Part shown: piece by piece, positions 1 to 11,800 of the stretch | How the letters are laid out: every line of letters starts with the position of its first letter | Numbering within the stretch: the stretch's first letter is position 1 | NCBI RefSeq assembly: GCF_000738915.1 | Contig: NW_026515639.1 | Location: 1 to 64,000, forward strand | DNA from: Nematocida ausubeli | Lineage: Eukaryota | Length of the DNA stretch: 64,000 bases | Reading direction: 5' to 3' | Notes under the pieces: generated by a model | Seen by the model: the letters and a program-made list of their open reading frames with translations, nothing else | Told to the model about the DNA's origin: nothing | Database searches by the model: none | Position numbers and translations under genes: made by a program

Positions 1-440
1 AGGGATATGACTAAATACAACAATATATGACTAAATACAACAGGAATATACTAAGTATAACAGGGATATGACTAAATACAACAATATATGACTAACTACA
101 ACAGGAGTATACTAAATACAACAGGAATATACTAAGTATAACAGGGATATGACGAAATACAACAGAGCATGACTAACTACAATAGGAGTATACATATAGA
201 CTAACTACAACAGAGATATATGGATTAGTCATAAATACAACAGAGCATGACTAATTCTAACAGGATAAACTAATTATGAATATACAAGGGGTATATAAGG
301 GATAGACTAATTACAACGGGAATTTAGTCTATTTTACAACAGGATAGAATAAATATACTAAACATAGCAGAATTATACAGTATACGACTAAATACAACAG
401 AGTGTGACTAAATACAACAGAGATAGACTAACTCTAACAG
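1..440. repeat. Degenerate tandem array, 20-21 bp unit (ATATGACTAAATACAACAGG-like)
   Basis: Repeated GACTAA(A/C)TACAACA and ACTAAGTATAACA units from the window start, decaying toward ~440. Confidence 0.85.
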
Positions 441-534
441 GCTGTTTCAAGTGTAAATCTGAAACAGATTGAAACTTACCCTATAAGGAAAATAAGTATT
501 ACCATATAAGGAAAAAACTGAAATTATCTATAAA

Positions 535-846
535 ATGAGAAGTAAATCAGAGGATGAGGAGAAAGGCATCCTTGATAATATGAAATTGACAGTAATCCAT
601 AAGGATATCCAGGAAGACGTACAGGCATTTGTAGCAGACACATGTTTATCTTATAAGGAAATAGTCCCTGAAGTATACGGGAAATTGGCGAAGGGCCTGA
701 AGGATTCTTTAGACTCTAAGTTTAAGCCAGGCTGGAACGTAATTGTAGGGGAAAATTACACTGGGTCATGTTCTGTTGCAAAGAATCATTTCTTAGAGAT
801 AAGTATATGCAATATACATGTCCTTGTGTTTAAGTCGCAGAGATGA
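535..846 (+). CDS. Dynein light chain LC8-type
   Basis: 103 aa; 'LAKGLKDSLDSKFKPGWNVIVGENY' matches the LC8 signature IAxxIKKEFDKKYxPTWHCIVG. Confidence 0.85.
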   Translation: MRSKSEDEEKGILDNMKLTVIHKDIQEDVQAFVADTCLSYKEIVPEVYGKLAKGLKDSLDSKFKPGWNVIVGENYTGSCSVAKNHFLEISICNIHVLVFKSQR

Positions 847-931
847 ATCTAACGGATATAAAAATGCACTAGAATATTATTTGATAAAAGCCGTTATTAT
901 TCAGGTAATGTGTTATTGTTGTCATTTCCAT

Positions 932-1688
932 GACAGGACTTAATCCTCTTTTTATAAATTAGACAGGACTTATTCCACCCTACCCGAAAGATGACAAGAC
1001 TTTTTCCACTTTTTATAATTCGGGCAAGACTTTTTCCTCTAATAATATAAAATGACAAGACTTATGGCAGTATAGACAAGACTTTTTCCACTTTATTATA
1101 AATTGAACAAGACTTAATCCATTTATTCAGAATTTATTCCACTATAGACAAGACTTTTTCCATTTTTAATAAAAATGACAAGACTTATTCCACTTATTCA
1201 GAATTTATTCCATTATAGACAAGACTTTTTCTATTTTTAATAAAAATGACAAGACTTCTTCCACTATGTGTAATATATTCTGTATATAAATATAAGTGGA
1301 AAAAGTTCTGTCAAATTTATATTATTAGGGGGAAAGTTCTGTCAAATTTATGTAAAGAGGGAAAAAGTCTTGCACAATGTGGAAAAAGCCTTGTTCACCT
1401 CACAATAAAGTGGATTAAGTTTTTTCAGTGAGTAATAAGTTCTGTCATAGTGGATTAAATCTTGTCATATTTTATAAAAGTGCAATAAGTCCTGACAAAA
1501 TGGATTAAGTCTTGTCATCTTTGGGGTAGGGTGGATTAAGTCTTGTACTATTGGGCATATGTCTTGCCATATTTTATAAATGTGCCATAAGTCTTGTCAC
1601 TTTATATTTAAAAATAATAAGTCTTGTCATTGTGGATTAAATTCTGTCACTCTGCCATAAATTCTGTCAGTGCGTAATAAATTCTGTC
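932..1688. repeat. Modular inverted (foldback) array of GACAAGACTTwwTCCA units
   Basis: About 13 forward units at 932-1265 and about 16 reverse-complement units at 1295-1688; 963-1002 is the reverse complement of 1507-1546 with 3 mismatches. Confidence 0.9.
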
Positions 1689-1721
1689 ACACTATAAATA
1701 TAAATATTTTTTTAAATTTTT

Positions 1722-3749
1722 ATGAAAATTCTGATCAAGACAGCCATCAGAGCAGCAGTCCTAATGAAAGTAGCAAAAGAAGCATACGCCACCGCGTACA
1801 AACCCATCATAACAGATAAATTCAACCTACTAGCACACAGTGACTGGATGAAGGTCCCATCTAACGTATTATTCATCACATACAAAAAAACCCCACTTTC
1901 TGTCGTCAAATTACAGGAAAAAGACGTAAATGCAATGTTACAGCAAGAATCAACAGAGAAATTGTCCTTAGAGGCACCAGGAAGGTCAAATATAAAGTAC
2001 GGCCAGAACGTAAAGTCATTTAAGGCAAGAATCTGGAATATTTTCCAAAAAGAAGCAGAACATAAGACAGAACCACAGGAATTAGCAGAATTACTGCATG
2101 AAGTAGACCAAGAGCAACACAATACGCATATAGATAGACTAATTAGTCATAAGATATCTAGTAATGTACACCCACACTATAAAGAATACTTATTATCAAA
2201 GCACTCTGTTGTAGTTAGTGGTAAACCCGTTGAAATTGTGACTAATATTAATAATTCAGTAAAAACCGTTGGTGATTTAATTAAAATTGATTTAATTAAA
2301 AATGAAAACAACAACATTGAACCTGAAAATATTATCAACCCAATTGAGAATATAGTGAAGACAGGTGACAATATGGTAAAATCAGTTGATAATGTGGTAA
2401 ATGTGACTAATATTGATAATGTAGTAAAATCAGGTGAAAAATCAGTTAATAATCAAAATAACAATATTGAACCTGAAAATAACGAAAATCAACCAGAAAT
2501 AATCCGTAATTACATCTGGGTAGAACAAGATGCAAATGGAACAGTACAAACTACATTAGTATCAGAACAAGAATACAAATTACTCTCACAGACTTACACT
2601 GTAAAACAACAAGAAAAACAAGTAGTATACACTAATATATACAGATTAATCATATCTATATACAGAATACTACAGTCATTCATAATACTCCCAATAGTAC
2701 AGTTAATTTACACTGTATTATCACATAAATTATCACTATATAATACATCACTAACAGAGTCTACTATACTAAATATACCAATTATATCTGTAGTACTACC
2801 TGTTATATCTGTACTACTATACAGTACACCTGTATCTAGATATATTAAGGGTACATTACTCTGTATACTGGCTGTACTAAGTGCACACCAAGTGAAATAC
2901 GTTATAACTAATGGATCATACAGTAATCAAGTACTAATTAACTGGCCTGTCATATACACTGTACTATATATACTATCTGTATACAGTATATCATACGGTA
3001 AGAGAACAGAACATGAGAAAATGTTCCCTAGTAGTACTAAGAATAGGTCTATTAGGACTAGTGTATACGGGTCCTGTATAAGTATACTTTTAATTGTATT
3101 TGTATCTTTATTAGTGCCTTATAATAAGTATACAACAGGATACATTACAAGAATATTGTACGTAGTAGATGCCCGTATACTAGTGCATATTGTGCAGGCC
3201 TGCATAATTACACTTGCATACAGTGCATCTGTTGTATTAATGGAGAGAATATTTAGTCTGGAAAGTATACAGGTAGTCAGTGCACTAGGGGGTGCAGTAT
3301 TACTGTGCTGTGGTATTAGCCTGGGGTACACAGGAATATTCAGTGAAATGTGTGCACTTGCCTTGGTCTTTGTTGGATTCAGCATGGCATACAGTCAGGC
3401 TGTGCGTATTCTGCCCAGGGACTCAGTTGTAAGACGGCACAGGAAGACAGTTGCTGGGGTTATACTCGGGGTGGCTGTTAATGTCATTCTGGCCCTTGGG
3501 GTTTACGTTGTATTAGTGCGTGTCCTGGGGGAGAAGCAGCTTGTTGACTTCGTACGGTCCTTTATTGGGCAGGTGCACGGTCTTGTTGGGCGTGTGAGTG
3601 GGTCATTCCTGGGGAAGGCCTACAGCCAGGTCCGTGAGGTGGCTGTGTCTGCTGCATCCACTGTGAGCAACGGTCTCTCAAGGGCAGCACAGAACTGCTC
3701 AGCCTTCGTGCAGTCACTCTTTGCGAGGACAAAAAGCATCAGGGTATAA
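1722..3749 (+). CDS. Hypothetical multi-pass membrane protein with an Asn-rich low-complexity insert
   Basis: 675 aa ORF preceded by AAATTT; NNNNIEPEN and VKS/TGD repeats; many hydrophobic segments in the C-terminal half; AATAAA downstream. Confidence 0.75.
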   Translation: MKILIKTAIRAAVLMKVAKEAYATAYKPIITDKFNLLAHSDWMKVPSNVLFITYKKTPLSVVKLQEKDVNAMLQQESTEKLSLEAPGRSNIKYGQNVKSFKARIWNIFQKEAEHKTEPQELAELLHEVDQEQHNTHIDRLISHKISSNVHPHYKEYLLSKHSVVVSGKPVEIVTNINNSVKTVGDLIKIDLIKNENNNIEPENIINPIENIVKTGDNMVKSVDNVVNVTNIDNVVKSGEKSVNNQNNNIEPENNENQPEIIRNYIWVEQDANGTVQTTLVSEQEYKLLSQTYTVKQQEKQVVYTNIYRLIISIYRILQSFIILPIVQLIYTVLSHKLSLYNTSLTESTILNIPIISVVLPVISVLLYSTPVSRYIKGTLLCILAVLSAHQVKYVITNGSYSNQVLINWPVIYTVLYILSVYSISYGKRTEHEKMFPSSTKNRSIRTSVYGSCISILLIVFVSLLVPYNKYTTGYITRILYVVDARILVHIVQACIITLAYSASVVLMERIFSLESIQVVSALGGAVLLCCGISLGYTGIFSEMCALALVFVGFSMAYSQAVRILPRDSVVRRHRKTVAGVILGVAVNVILALGVYVVLVRVLGEKQLVDFVRSFIGQVHGLVGRVSGSFLGKAYSQVREVAVSAASTVSNGLSRAAQNCSAFVQSLFARTKSIRV

Positions 3750-4488
3750 GCATGTGTGGCCATACGGCATGAAGGAAAGTGAATGTTCATAGGACATGAA
3801 CTAACAAAAGCGCATGAATAAATCAAAGTTATGCAGATGGGTATTTTTATTTGGGTATATTGGGTATTTTATACTGTTTATACGTTAGTTTATACGTGAT
3901 TTTTATACTGTTTATACGTTAGTTTATAGATTATTATGGTTTATACGTTAAATAAAACTGTTTTATTATGCTTAATACCCTTAGTATATTCTTAGTATAT
4001 TCTTAGACTAATATGTGTTTAAATACTCCCCCTAAATATTCATGAAGCGCAAAGGACTTTTTTAAAATGGTGTATTGAAAAAATAAAAAAAGTAAAGAAC
4101 TTTTTAAAAACGCCTTTGTCCTTTGTATAAATATATTATAGTCTTACAGGTAATAGATGTATATATTTATATTTAAATTAGTGCTTGTTGTACTGTGTGT
4201 GTTAGACTAATTGTAATATGTGTGTATTAGGGAAATTGTGGTGTGAAATACGCTTGTATATTTATACCCCATAAATATACCACAAAACACCATTACACTA
4301 GATAAAATACACCTATATACCATAAAATACCGTTATAACACATAAAAATACTGTTATAACCAATATTAGACCATATTATAACATAAAACACACGTATAAA
4401 TCACAAATATACCATATTATAACGGAAAAATCCCCCAATATAAAACACCACACTTTTATAACTTTATAAACCCCTTTTATTCACTAAA

Positions 4489-5391
4489 TTATATGAAGTA
4501 ATTCGGCACCTGCTGCACCTTCTCTGAATTCTGCTCTGGTGACGAGTCAAATTGCGTAAACTGGTACGACCCATGCTCATCCATCTCCATGAGAGACGCC
4601 AAATTCCCACATCTATAACAATAATTAGGTGCAGAGAATACAGTTACTACACCCTTATGATGATTCCAGTTGTGGCCATTCATGACTAACTGATGTGCCC
4701 TGCAAATCATCTTCAGACCATTCTTCTTCGTGAACTGGTCTGTTATGTCTTCTCCGAATGTGTACCCTGCACCCCTCGGTGATGCACCCCATCCCTTTCT
4801 TTCTTCTGGGTCACTCCATAATAAATCGCACATCCCTCCTTCATGCGGTACTTCCTGTACCCTGTCTATATTTCGTATTTCATCAAGTGTCTCTAAGGCA
4901 GGACTTAAACCCCCGTGCAAACAGAATACATCATTATTTACAATTGCAGCAAGCGGCAGATAGTCAAACAGATCTGTAAAATACTTCCATACATTTGATG
5001 ATCCGTACTTCCTGAAGCACTCATCATAGAACCCGTAAACCTGTGTTATTTGTCTACTCTCATGGTTACCCCTTAGCATGCACACTGACTCTGGGTGCTT
5101 AATCTTTAAGCACAGCAAGAGACTTAGTGTCTCTACTGAGTGGTACCCTCTATCTACATAGTCACCCATAAAGAGATATGGTGTTTCTGGTGGAAAACCA
5201 CCCACCTTGAAGAGTTCTAGCAGGTCGAAAAACTGTCCATGTACATCCCCGCATATTGTAATGGGTGCCTTAAGTGAGATAAGTGTGCTTTCTCTTTGGA
5301 ATATTTCTGTGGCTAATTTACAGAGTTCTTTTATCTCTGTCTCTGCTAATGGTTCGCAGAGCATGAGCTGTTCTATCCATTTATCCAGCAT
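4489..5391 (-). CDS. Ser/Thr protein phosphatase 2A-type catalytic subunit
   Basis: [31 protein letters not shown] and [11 protein letters not shown] motifs; C-terminal PNYFI; first in-frame ATG is at 5391. Confidence 0.95.
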
Positions 5392-5436
5392 ACCATGCAA
5401 ATAAAATTTATTTTTAATTTTGCAGTTCTGTTGTAG

Positions 5437-5691
5437 ATGGATGAAGACTATGAAGAAGTGGATATTGACATGATGGAGTATGATCGTGTGAATGAAGTAT
5501 TTACGTATCCGTGTCCATGTGGTGATAGATTTGAGATATCATTTGAGGAATTATTTAATGGAGAAGAAATTGCTACGTGTCCTTCTTGTTCTCTTGTTGT
5601 GAAGGTTAATTATCTTATGGAAGATTTAGAGCGTATGCAGAGAGTATTGGCAGGTCATGAGAGAGTAAGCAATATTGGGTATGCCATATAA
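5437..5691 (+). CDS. DPH3: Diphthamide biosynthesis protein 3 / Kti11 (CSL zinc finger)
   Basis: [13 protein letters not shown]...[12 protein letters not shown]. Confidence 0.92.
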
Positions 5692-5994
5692 TTCTGTTGT
5701 ATTTGGTTATATATTTGGTGTTTTATGGTGATATTTTATTGGAATATTTCTGTTATAATTTGGTGCTTTAGTATATATGTGTATGGTGCACTATATGGCA
5801 CTGTGCATATTTGTATTTGCGCTGGTTTGTGTGGTTCTGGAGTATATAGGTATAGAATGGACAGAATAAATAAATATAAAGGGAATAATTTATATTCGGG
5901 TGGTTAATTTTCATGAGTTTTAGGGGAGTTTCTAGTGTATGTGTGTGGTGGTGGTTTTAAATACGCTTTTATCTTTGGTTTTCTTAGTTTGCAG

Positions 5995-7660
5995 CAGAGA
6001 TGACACTAGATGAAGTCGATTGTGCTTTGAAATTTGAAATTGCATCAGACCAGAAGAGTGTTCTGATAAACCCGAAAAGGACCCCTTAACTTTTTATGGG
6101 GATACATCTACCAGAAGATGAGCTTTATGCACAACAAAAGATTCTTTTCCCCATAAATCAACACACATTACACTGTAGAAACAAACCCCAAACACCCAAA
6201 TGTTTTTGATAGTCCCATACACACACGAGAAGAACAGATGGACAGAGCACACACTGCACAGCCCACTAAAGAAATGGATTTTTATGCTGAGAAGTGCCAT
6301 AATCATATGACTGAGCTATTTCCATCACCCACTGTGAACATAACAATAGAGACAGGAAGTAACCAGTCTTTTGTTCAATTTCTGCAGGAAGAGACAACAG
6401 AAGAACACTCTTTGCAGATTCTTGCTATGCTGCTTCTTTTCTCAGAGGGAGTGCATATTCCTATTGAAGTTACCAACAAGAAACTGAAGGTGTATGAAAC
6501 AGACAAAAAAGACAAAATATACTTTGAAGTGTCTATGGTCATCCTGTGGCTAGATATTACAGCGAGTGAGACAAAAAGGTTTGAATAGAAGAAAGTTAAG
6601 CAAATGATCAAATTCTTCCAGGAGAAAGTAGCCAATGATGATGTGCTTAGAATAATGGAAGACAAGTGCTCACTGGATGAGATTGCCACAGGAAAGTTCC
6701 TGGACAGTCCCAAGTTTCTGATGCAGTCGTATATTCGGGTTTATTGACACGGCAGAGTGCGCAATTGAATTTATCCAGACTGTGCACACCATGACAGAGA
6801 AATATGCTCCAAAGACAAAAGCACCAAGCAAAGACAACTGTGTGTATGACAGACTGTTTAAGCCTACTAGCACTGTAACAAGAATAGACACTATGACCTT
6901 GATGAAGAGTACAGAACAAATTATGAGTATGTATAAGGTCTTTCCATTTGCAAACAGTACAGAGCTTCCTGCTTACGCATCTGTTCTTAGATACAGCAGG
7001 GAAGCCAAAGAGTTTTCTACTTATCAGTTGAAAGACTACAGTAACTCTGTGAAGTGTGTGATTCTCTCTCTTTTCTGCTGCCTGCCATATGACCCTGCAG
7101 AGGGAAGTTATGGGACAGAACACATAGGAGATGTTTCTCCTAATTTAAAAGAATTCTTCTATTTGGAGAACCAGCCATTTGACACAACAAAGGCTAAGTC
7201 CAGATGGAGTGGTGCAAAGTCGTTGCAGACCTAAAAGGTCCTAGAATTGCATACTGTAAAGGAAGAAACAAGCTAGACTGCGGTCTTATAAATATGCTTA
7301 TGGCTGTTGCTGAAATAGTAAATGCGCTAGAAGAAGCAAAAGAGAAAGTTCTTGGTTTTTTAGAGACTTTGAAGAAACAAAATGGAGAATTGAACGATGA
7401 ATTATGTGGTGAAATTCAAGAGTACACAGAAGAATTGCTGAAGCAACTATCAAAAACAAAAGATATAGAAATACTGTTTTCTGATCTTAAAAGTGAACAA
7501 TATAATAACGGAAGGTACGATGTATCTGGAGCCATTACTATAGAATTTTAGTATAGTTCCATTAGGAATACAATATTCAAATGTATTATTGGCTAATTCA
7601 TTGAATAGAAGGATTTGCATGCATATATTTAAAGATGGAACTATGGAGTATTCTGACATG
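5995..7660 (+). pseudogene. Disrupted member of a Nematocida-type expanded gene family
   Basis: One reading (LINP-GPLNFLWGYIYQKMSFMHNKRFFSP*...LAMLLLFSEGV...LFCCLPYDP...EWCKVVADL) broken by stops at ~6154, 6586 and 7549 and by frameshifts at ~6078, ~6735 and ~7200. Family recognised from memory. Confidence 0.75.
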
Positions 7661-7990
7661 CTTGATGATTTTGTAATAAAAAGATGGTTTATCTTAGTGT
7701 TAGTAAGAACCCAAATATAAGGCTTATTAAGGCAAATTTAGATGCTATCCGCAACACCAGCTATATTTCAAAAAAGTGTAATAAGTATATTAGTTCTACC
7801 TGCATATACAAACAGGCCTACAACACTCTTATGAGTCTGAAGGATCAGCTATGCAAAAATAATGCTGAGATTGAAAGGTTCAACTTGTTTATAAATATAC
7901 TATCATCTTTTCTATGAAACAGATCTTTTTGTGATATGTATTCCTTTCAAAGGGCTAGCAACGTAAATGGCTTCCGAGTTGTACTTTTCC

Positions 7991-8068
7991 TTTTTTTAAG
8001 GAAAATTTGTGCTGAGTAGTACAAGGATTTAGCTGGGAAATTTTAGAAGAATTGACAAAATAGTATAA
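7991..8068 (+). repeat. ~75-bp direct repeat, copy 1
   Basis: AAGGAAAATTTGT...TAGTACAAG...AAATTTTAGAAGAATTGACAAAATAGTATAA, also present at 12459-12536. Confidence 0.85.
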
Positions 8069-8839
8069 CACACCAATAAATATATCCTCATTTATATAGG
8101 TATGTCTCTACTTAATTACTATTTTATGTTTCATGCGTATTCCTCTAATTTTTAGAAAGAGATTTTAGTCTTTGTATATTTAGTGTTTTTTTACTTTTCT
8201 CTCTACTCTACAGGCTTCCCATAGTATATTTATTATAGTATATTCTCCTATACATAAAATGTAAAGTGTCCTGCTATTTTTTTATAAAAATACAAAATAT
8301 TCTCTCTATTTACTTATGCATTATACACTTTAATATTATTTCTATTTTTTCGAGAGGAGCATGGAAAATACAAAAAAAGACAAAACTCAAAGACCCCCTA
8401 GTGGAAGAGTGCCACAGCCCCTGAGTTTAGCCGTCGGCAATATCTAGTGTTATGCAGCACAAAGAGAGCAAAATATGGTGCGCATTGGATAAAGACAATA
8501 GCATTATTGCAAGTAGAATACAATAGCGTATAGTAGAATATGGTCTATTTAGAGAAGGCTTGTTGGTATGTAATTATGCGTGTCTAGTTATGCTAGATTG
8601 GCCATGTTGAATAGTTATTAAAGAATGTAAACCAATAAAGTCTATTGCATTATTACTTAAAAACACTTTATTTTATTTCTGCTAGAGTTTACTAACACAC
8701 TCTGTGTTATGTATTGGTGAGAGCATAAAGTGCTTAAAAAGTTAGTGTTGAAGCTTTTAGTTGGATTGGTTACGATCTTGCGTGTAGGTGCTTTTGGTAG
8801 TGTGATAATAAGGAGGTACCAGGTTCTAGCGATTTCATT

Positions 8840-11800
8840 CTAATTACTGCCAACAGCTTTGTTTTTAGTCTTTCTAGAAGACTTTTTAGTAGCTGTCTTT
8901 GATGATGGTTTTCTTTTTATTACTGGTGTTAGTGCTGGTGTGGAATTATTGTTGTTATGAAAGAGCGCAGCTAGCATGTCATAGTGTATTCCAAGATTTG
9001 CCTGTGTGTAGTTAAAGGCTTTTACTGTGATAAAGACAGTAGAATTCTCTTTGATATCTTTAATATCAATGCGTGGAGGAAGAATATCACTTTCCCAATT
9101 TGCATGCTTGGACTTAATCTCATCGTTGATGTTCTCACTCAAAAGCTTTCGCATTTTCTCGCACATAATTGGAACGGCAACTTCCTTGCCACTCAAAGAT
9201 GTATAGATGCACAGTCCGTATGTAACTTTATCGTCTGTTGAACTTTCATTCTGCAATAGACTCAGGAATGTCGGAGGTAATTTTTTTTTGCCTCGCAGCA
9301 GACTTTCTCTCAGAAGTTTCTGAGTCGCACTTATACGAAAGCGGTAGTTTGTATACTCGCGTACGCTTCTCTTTATCTGGGTGTACCAACTTTTAGATAG
9401 CACACCTGTTTTTTCTGATAAATTAAGTGAGATATCTGTAAAAAAGCATTCTGCAGTGCAAAATCTGTAGTCATCTATGCCTCGAACCAAAAAGTCACTG
9501 TAGTAGTAATTAATGTAGCTTCTTTTTGGTTGAGGATCATTGTTGCTTGGTGATGCGGAAGATGGCTTCTGGCTGGTTGCAGCTGTATCAATGATCATTT
9601 TAGTAGGTTTAATCCTTTTTTTCTCAGTGGCATAATTTTTAATTATTTCGGTTCGAATGTATGCTTTATCAAAAAACATATATGGACTAATTATAGTACT
9701 CATCATCGTAAAGTTTGTAAGAAATAAAGGAATTCGTAGTGTTTCGGAGTTCGGATCAGCTGGGGTTTGGAAATCTACAAATCTAAAATGATTTTGGGTT
9801 AGACCATCTTCAAAGTAGTAAAAAACCACACTATGTTTAGTGTCATTCATTTCATTTAGAGATTTATCTAATTCTTTCACCCTATGCCAAGTGAAATTCT
9901 CATCTATTAATGACCACTTTCTAATTCTTCTATTATACTTAAATGGATATACATTAAAATCTGAACTCTTCTCTGGATAGGTTGACTTCAGTACAGACTT
10001 TATATACTCTACTATATATCGAATTGAATGAGTTTTCCTTTGTATAGATCTATTTCTAGCAATGTAATTTTCACAATAGGGAGAATATGGAATAGGAATG
10101 AGTTTTACGGTATGACGGGTGTTGTCAACTAGCTGCACATGGTAGTGATCTTTGGAGCATTGATATGCTATATTTAAAAATAGTCGATTTTGCTGTTCTA
10201 TGACCATTGAGTTGGAGCCATTGCTGGTTGAATTTGTAGTCTTATTCAGGTTGTATTTTCCGAGAGTTGGCTTTACAATTGCTCTTTTTCCATGCAGTCT
10301 GAAGACACCATTCTGCGGTATGTATGGACAGTCTGACTGAAAAATTCCTTTAATGCATGCTTCTTTTTTTTCTGCTTTGCCTTCTTCACTTTTAACATCC
10401 ATCACACAGGTAGATGGCGCACATTGGTAGAACGAACAAAACACATTATAGACAAAGCTGTATATTTCAATGGCACTCCGGACATTTAGATGCTTTCCAT
10501 TCACAGATAGTTTTTGAACTTTCGTATACGCAATATTCGCTTTTTTTGCATCATCGTTCACTAAGTAGTATAAGTACTCTATGATGCATAAAGCCTTTCT
10601 AGCCTCTGAAAAAGGGGAAGTTTCCATTTCTTTCTTTATCTTTGATAGTATCTCGGGAGTTATCAGAACCAAGTCTCTGAGCACCTCTGGCAGCTTTAGA
10701 ATAAAGTGCAGCTTTTCTTTTAGTGCTGCATCTGCAGATCCTGCACTCTTAATTTCCTCAGTTTTTGCAGAGATAATCGACATACTGTTAGCCCACCACT
10801 TAAGATCTGTTTGGGTTTCCTCATATATTTCTCCAAGTGTCTCTGGTTCTGTTTTAGATTTAGAGCATATGTTGTTCTTACTGCTATCTGTGTAGTCGTA
10901 TTTTGCACTAATGTGATCTATGTCTATATGATTTTCTATGTAGTTTTTCAAATCCTCTAAAAAGGAATAATAATAATGACTATTTGACGTGATATCCTTT
11001 ACTTCTTTCGCTTTTATCTCATTAGCTAAGCTTTTAATGCACTTTATCTTTTCAGCCAAGGAGTTATGGCGTGAACTAGTTAAAAAGTGCCAGAATTGAT
11101 ATTGATCTTTGTAGTTCTCCTTAACACTACATTCACATTTTGTATTTTCATTATCCATGCCACCTTTAGTAAACAAGTATGAAAACCCGTGGGGTTTATC
11201 TCGGGTTATATCGCTTTGTGCTTCAGATTTGTAGGCCTTGAGGTTCGTACAAGCCGTTTGGTACTTATCCGATTTAATGAATATTTTAGCACCACCCAAA
11301 TAAGAATCTCTACTCTTTATAAATTTGCATCTTTTGGTTTTTAAATTATCGCCTGAACTGGTTAAAGTAGAATCTCTTGGGCGCTTTAGTGTGGTTGCTT
11401 TGACTGGATTATTAGGTATGCTTTCTTCCTGTTTGCTGCATACTTTACTAGATATATCTTCAATATTTAAATTGTCAATATTAAAAGCCAAAGGACATAT
11501 ACTACTATCTATATGAATCTGATTCCCGAATTCATCGATGTATACATTATACGAGATGTTATCTTCGGATACCGTATTTATTGTTAGATACATACAAATG
11601 CTGTATCCTTTATCATCTATATAAAATCGATCTCCAGAATCATCTATATAGAATGTAGAAATTATTATCGCTTTTTGTTCTGGAGCAATTTGATAGTGGG
11701 TGTCGCTTGCATGATTTTCTAAATTTGGTTCTATATCGTTTGAAGCAGAGAATTCATTGAGCAATTCCAATATTCTATTTCTTTCTTCATTAGACACAAC

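Noticed and set aside
1246..1431. 61-aa ORF in the array
   Set aside because: By-product of the repeat; no protein features.
932..1688. CRISPR array interpretation
   Set aside because: Units are short and degenerate, linkers are ~5-15 bp and recur, orientation flips midway, there are no cas genes, and the context is eukaryotic.
5370..5400. ATG-GTATG as a start-adjacent intron in PP2A
   Set aside because: An in-frame ATG at 5391 gives a normal N-terminus, and no branch point or 3' AG is evident.
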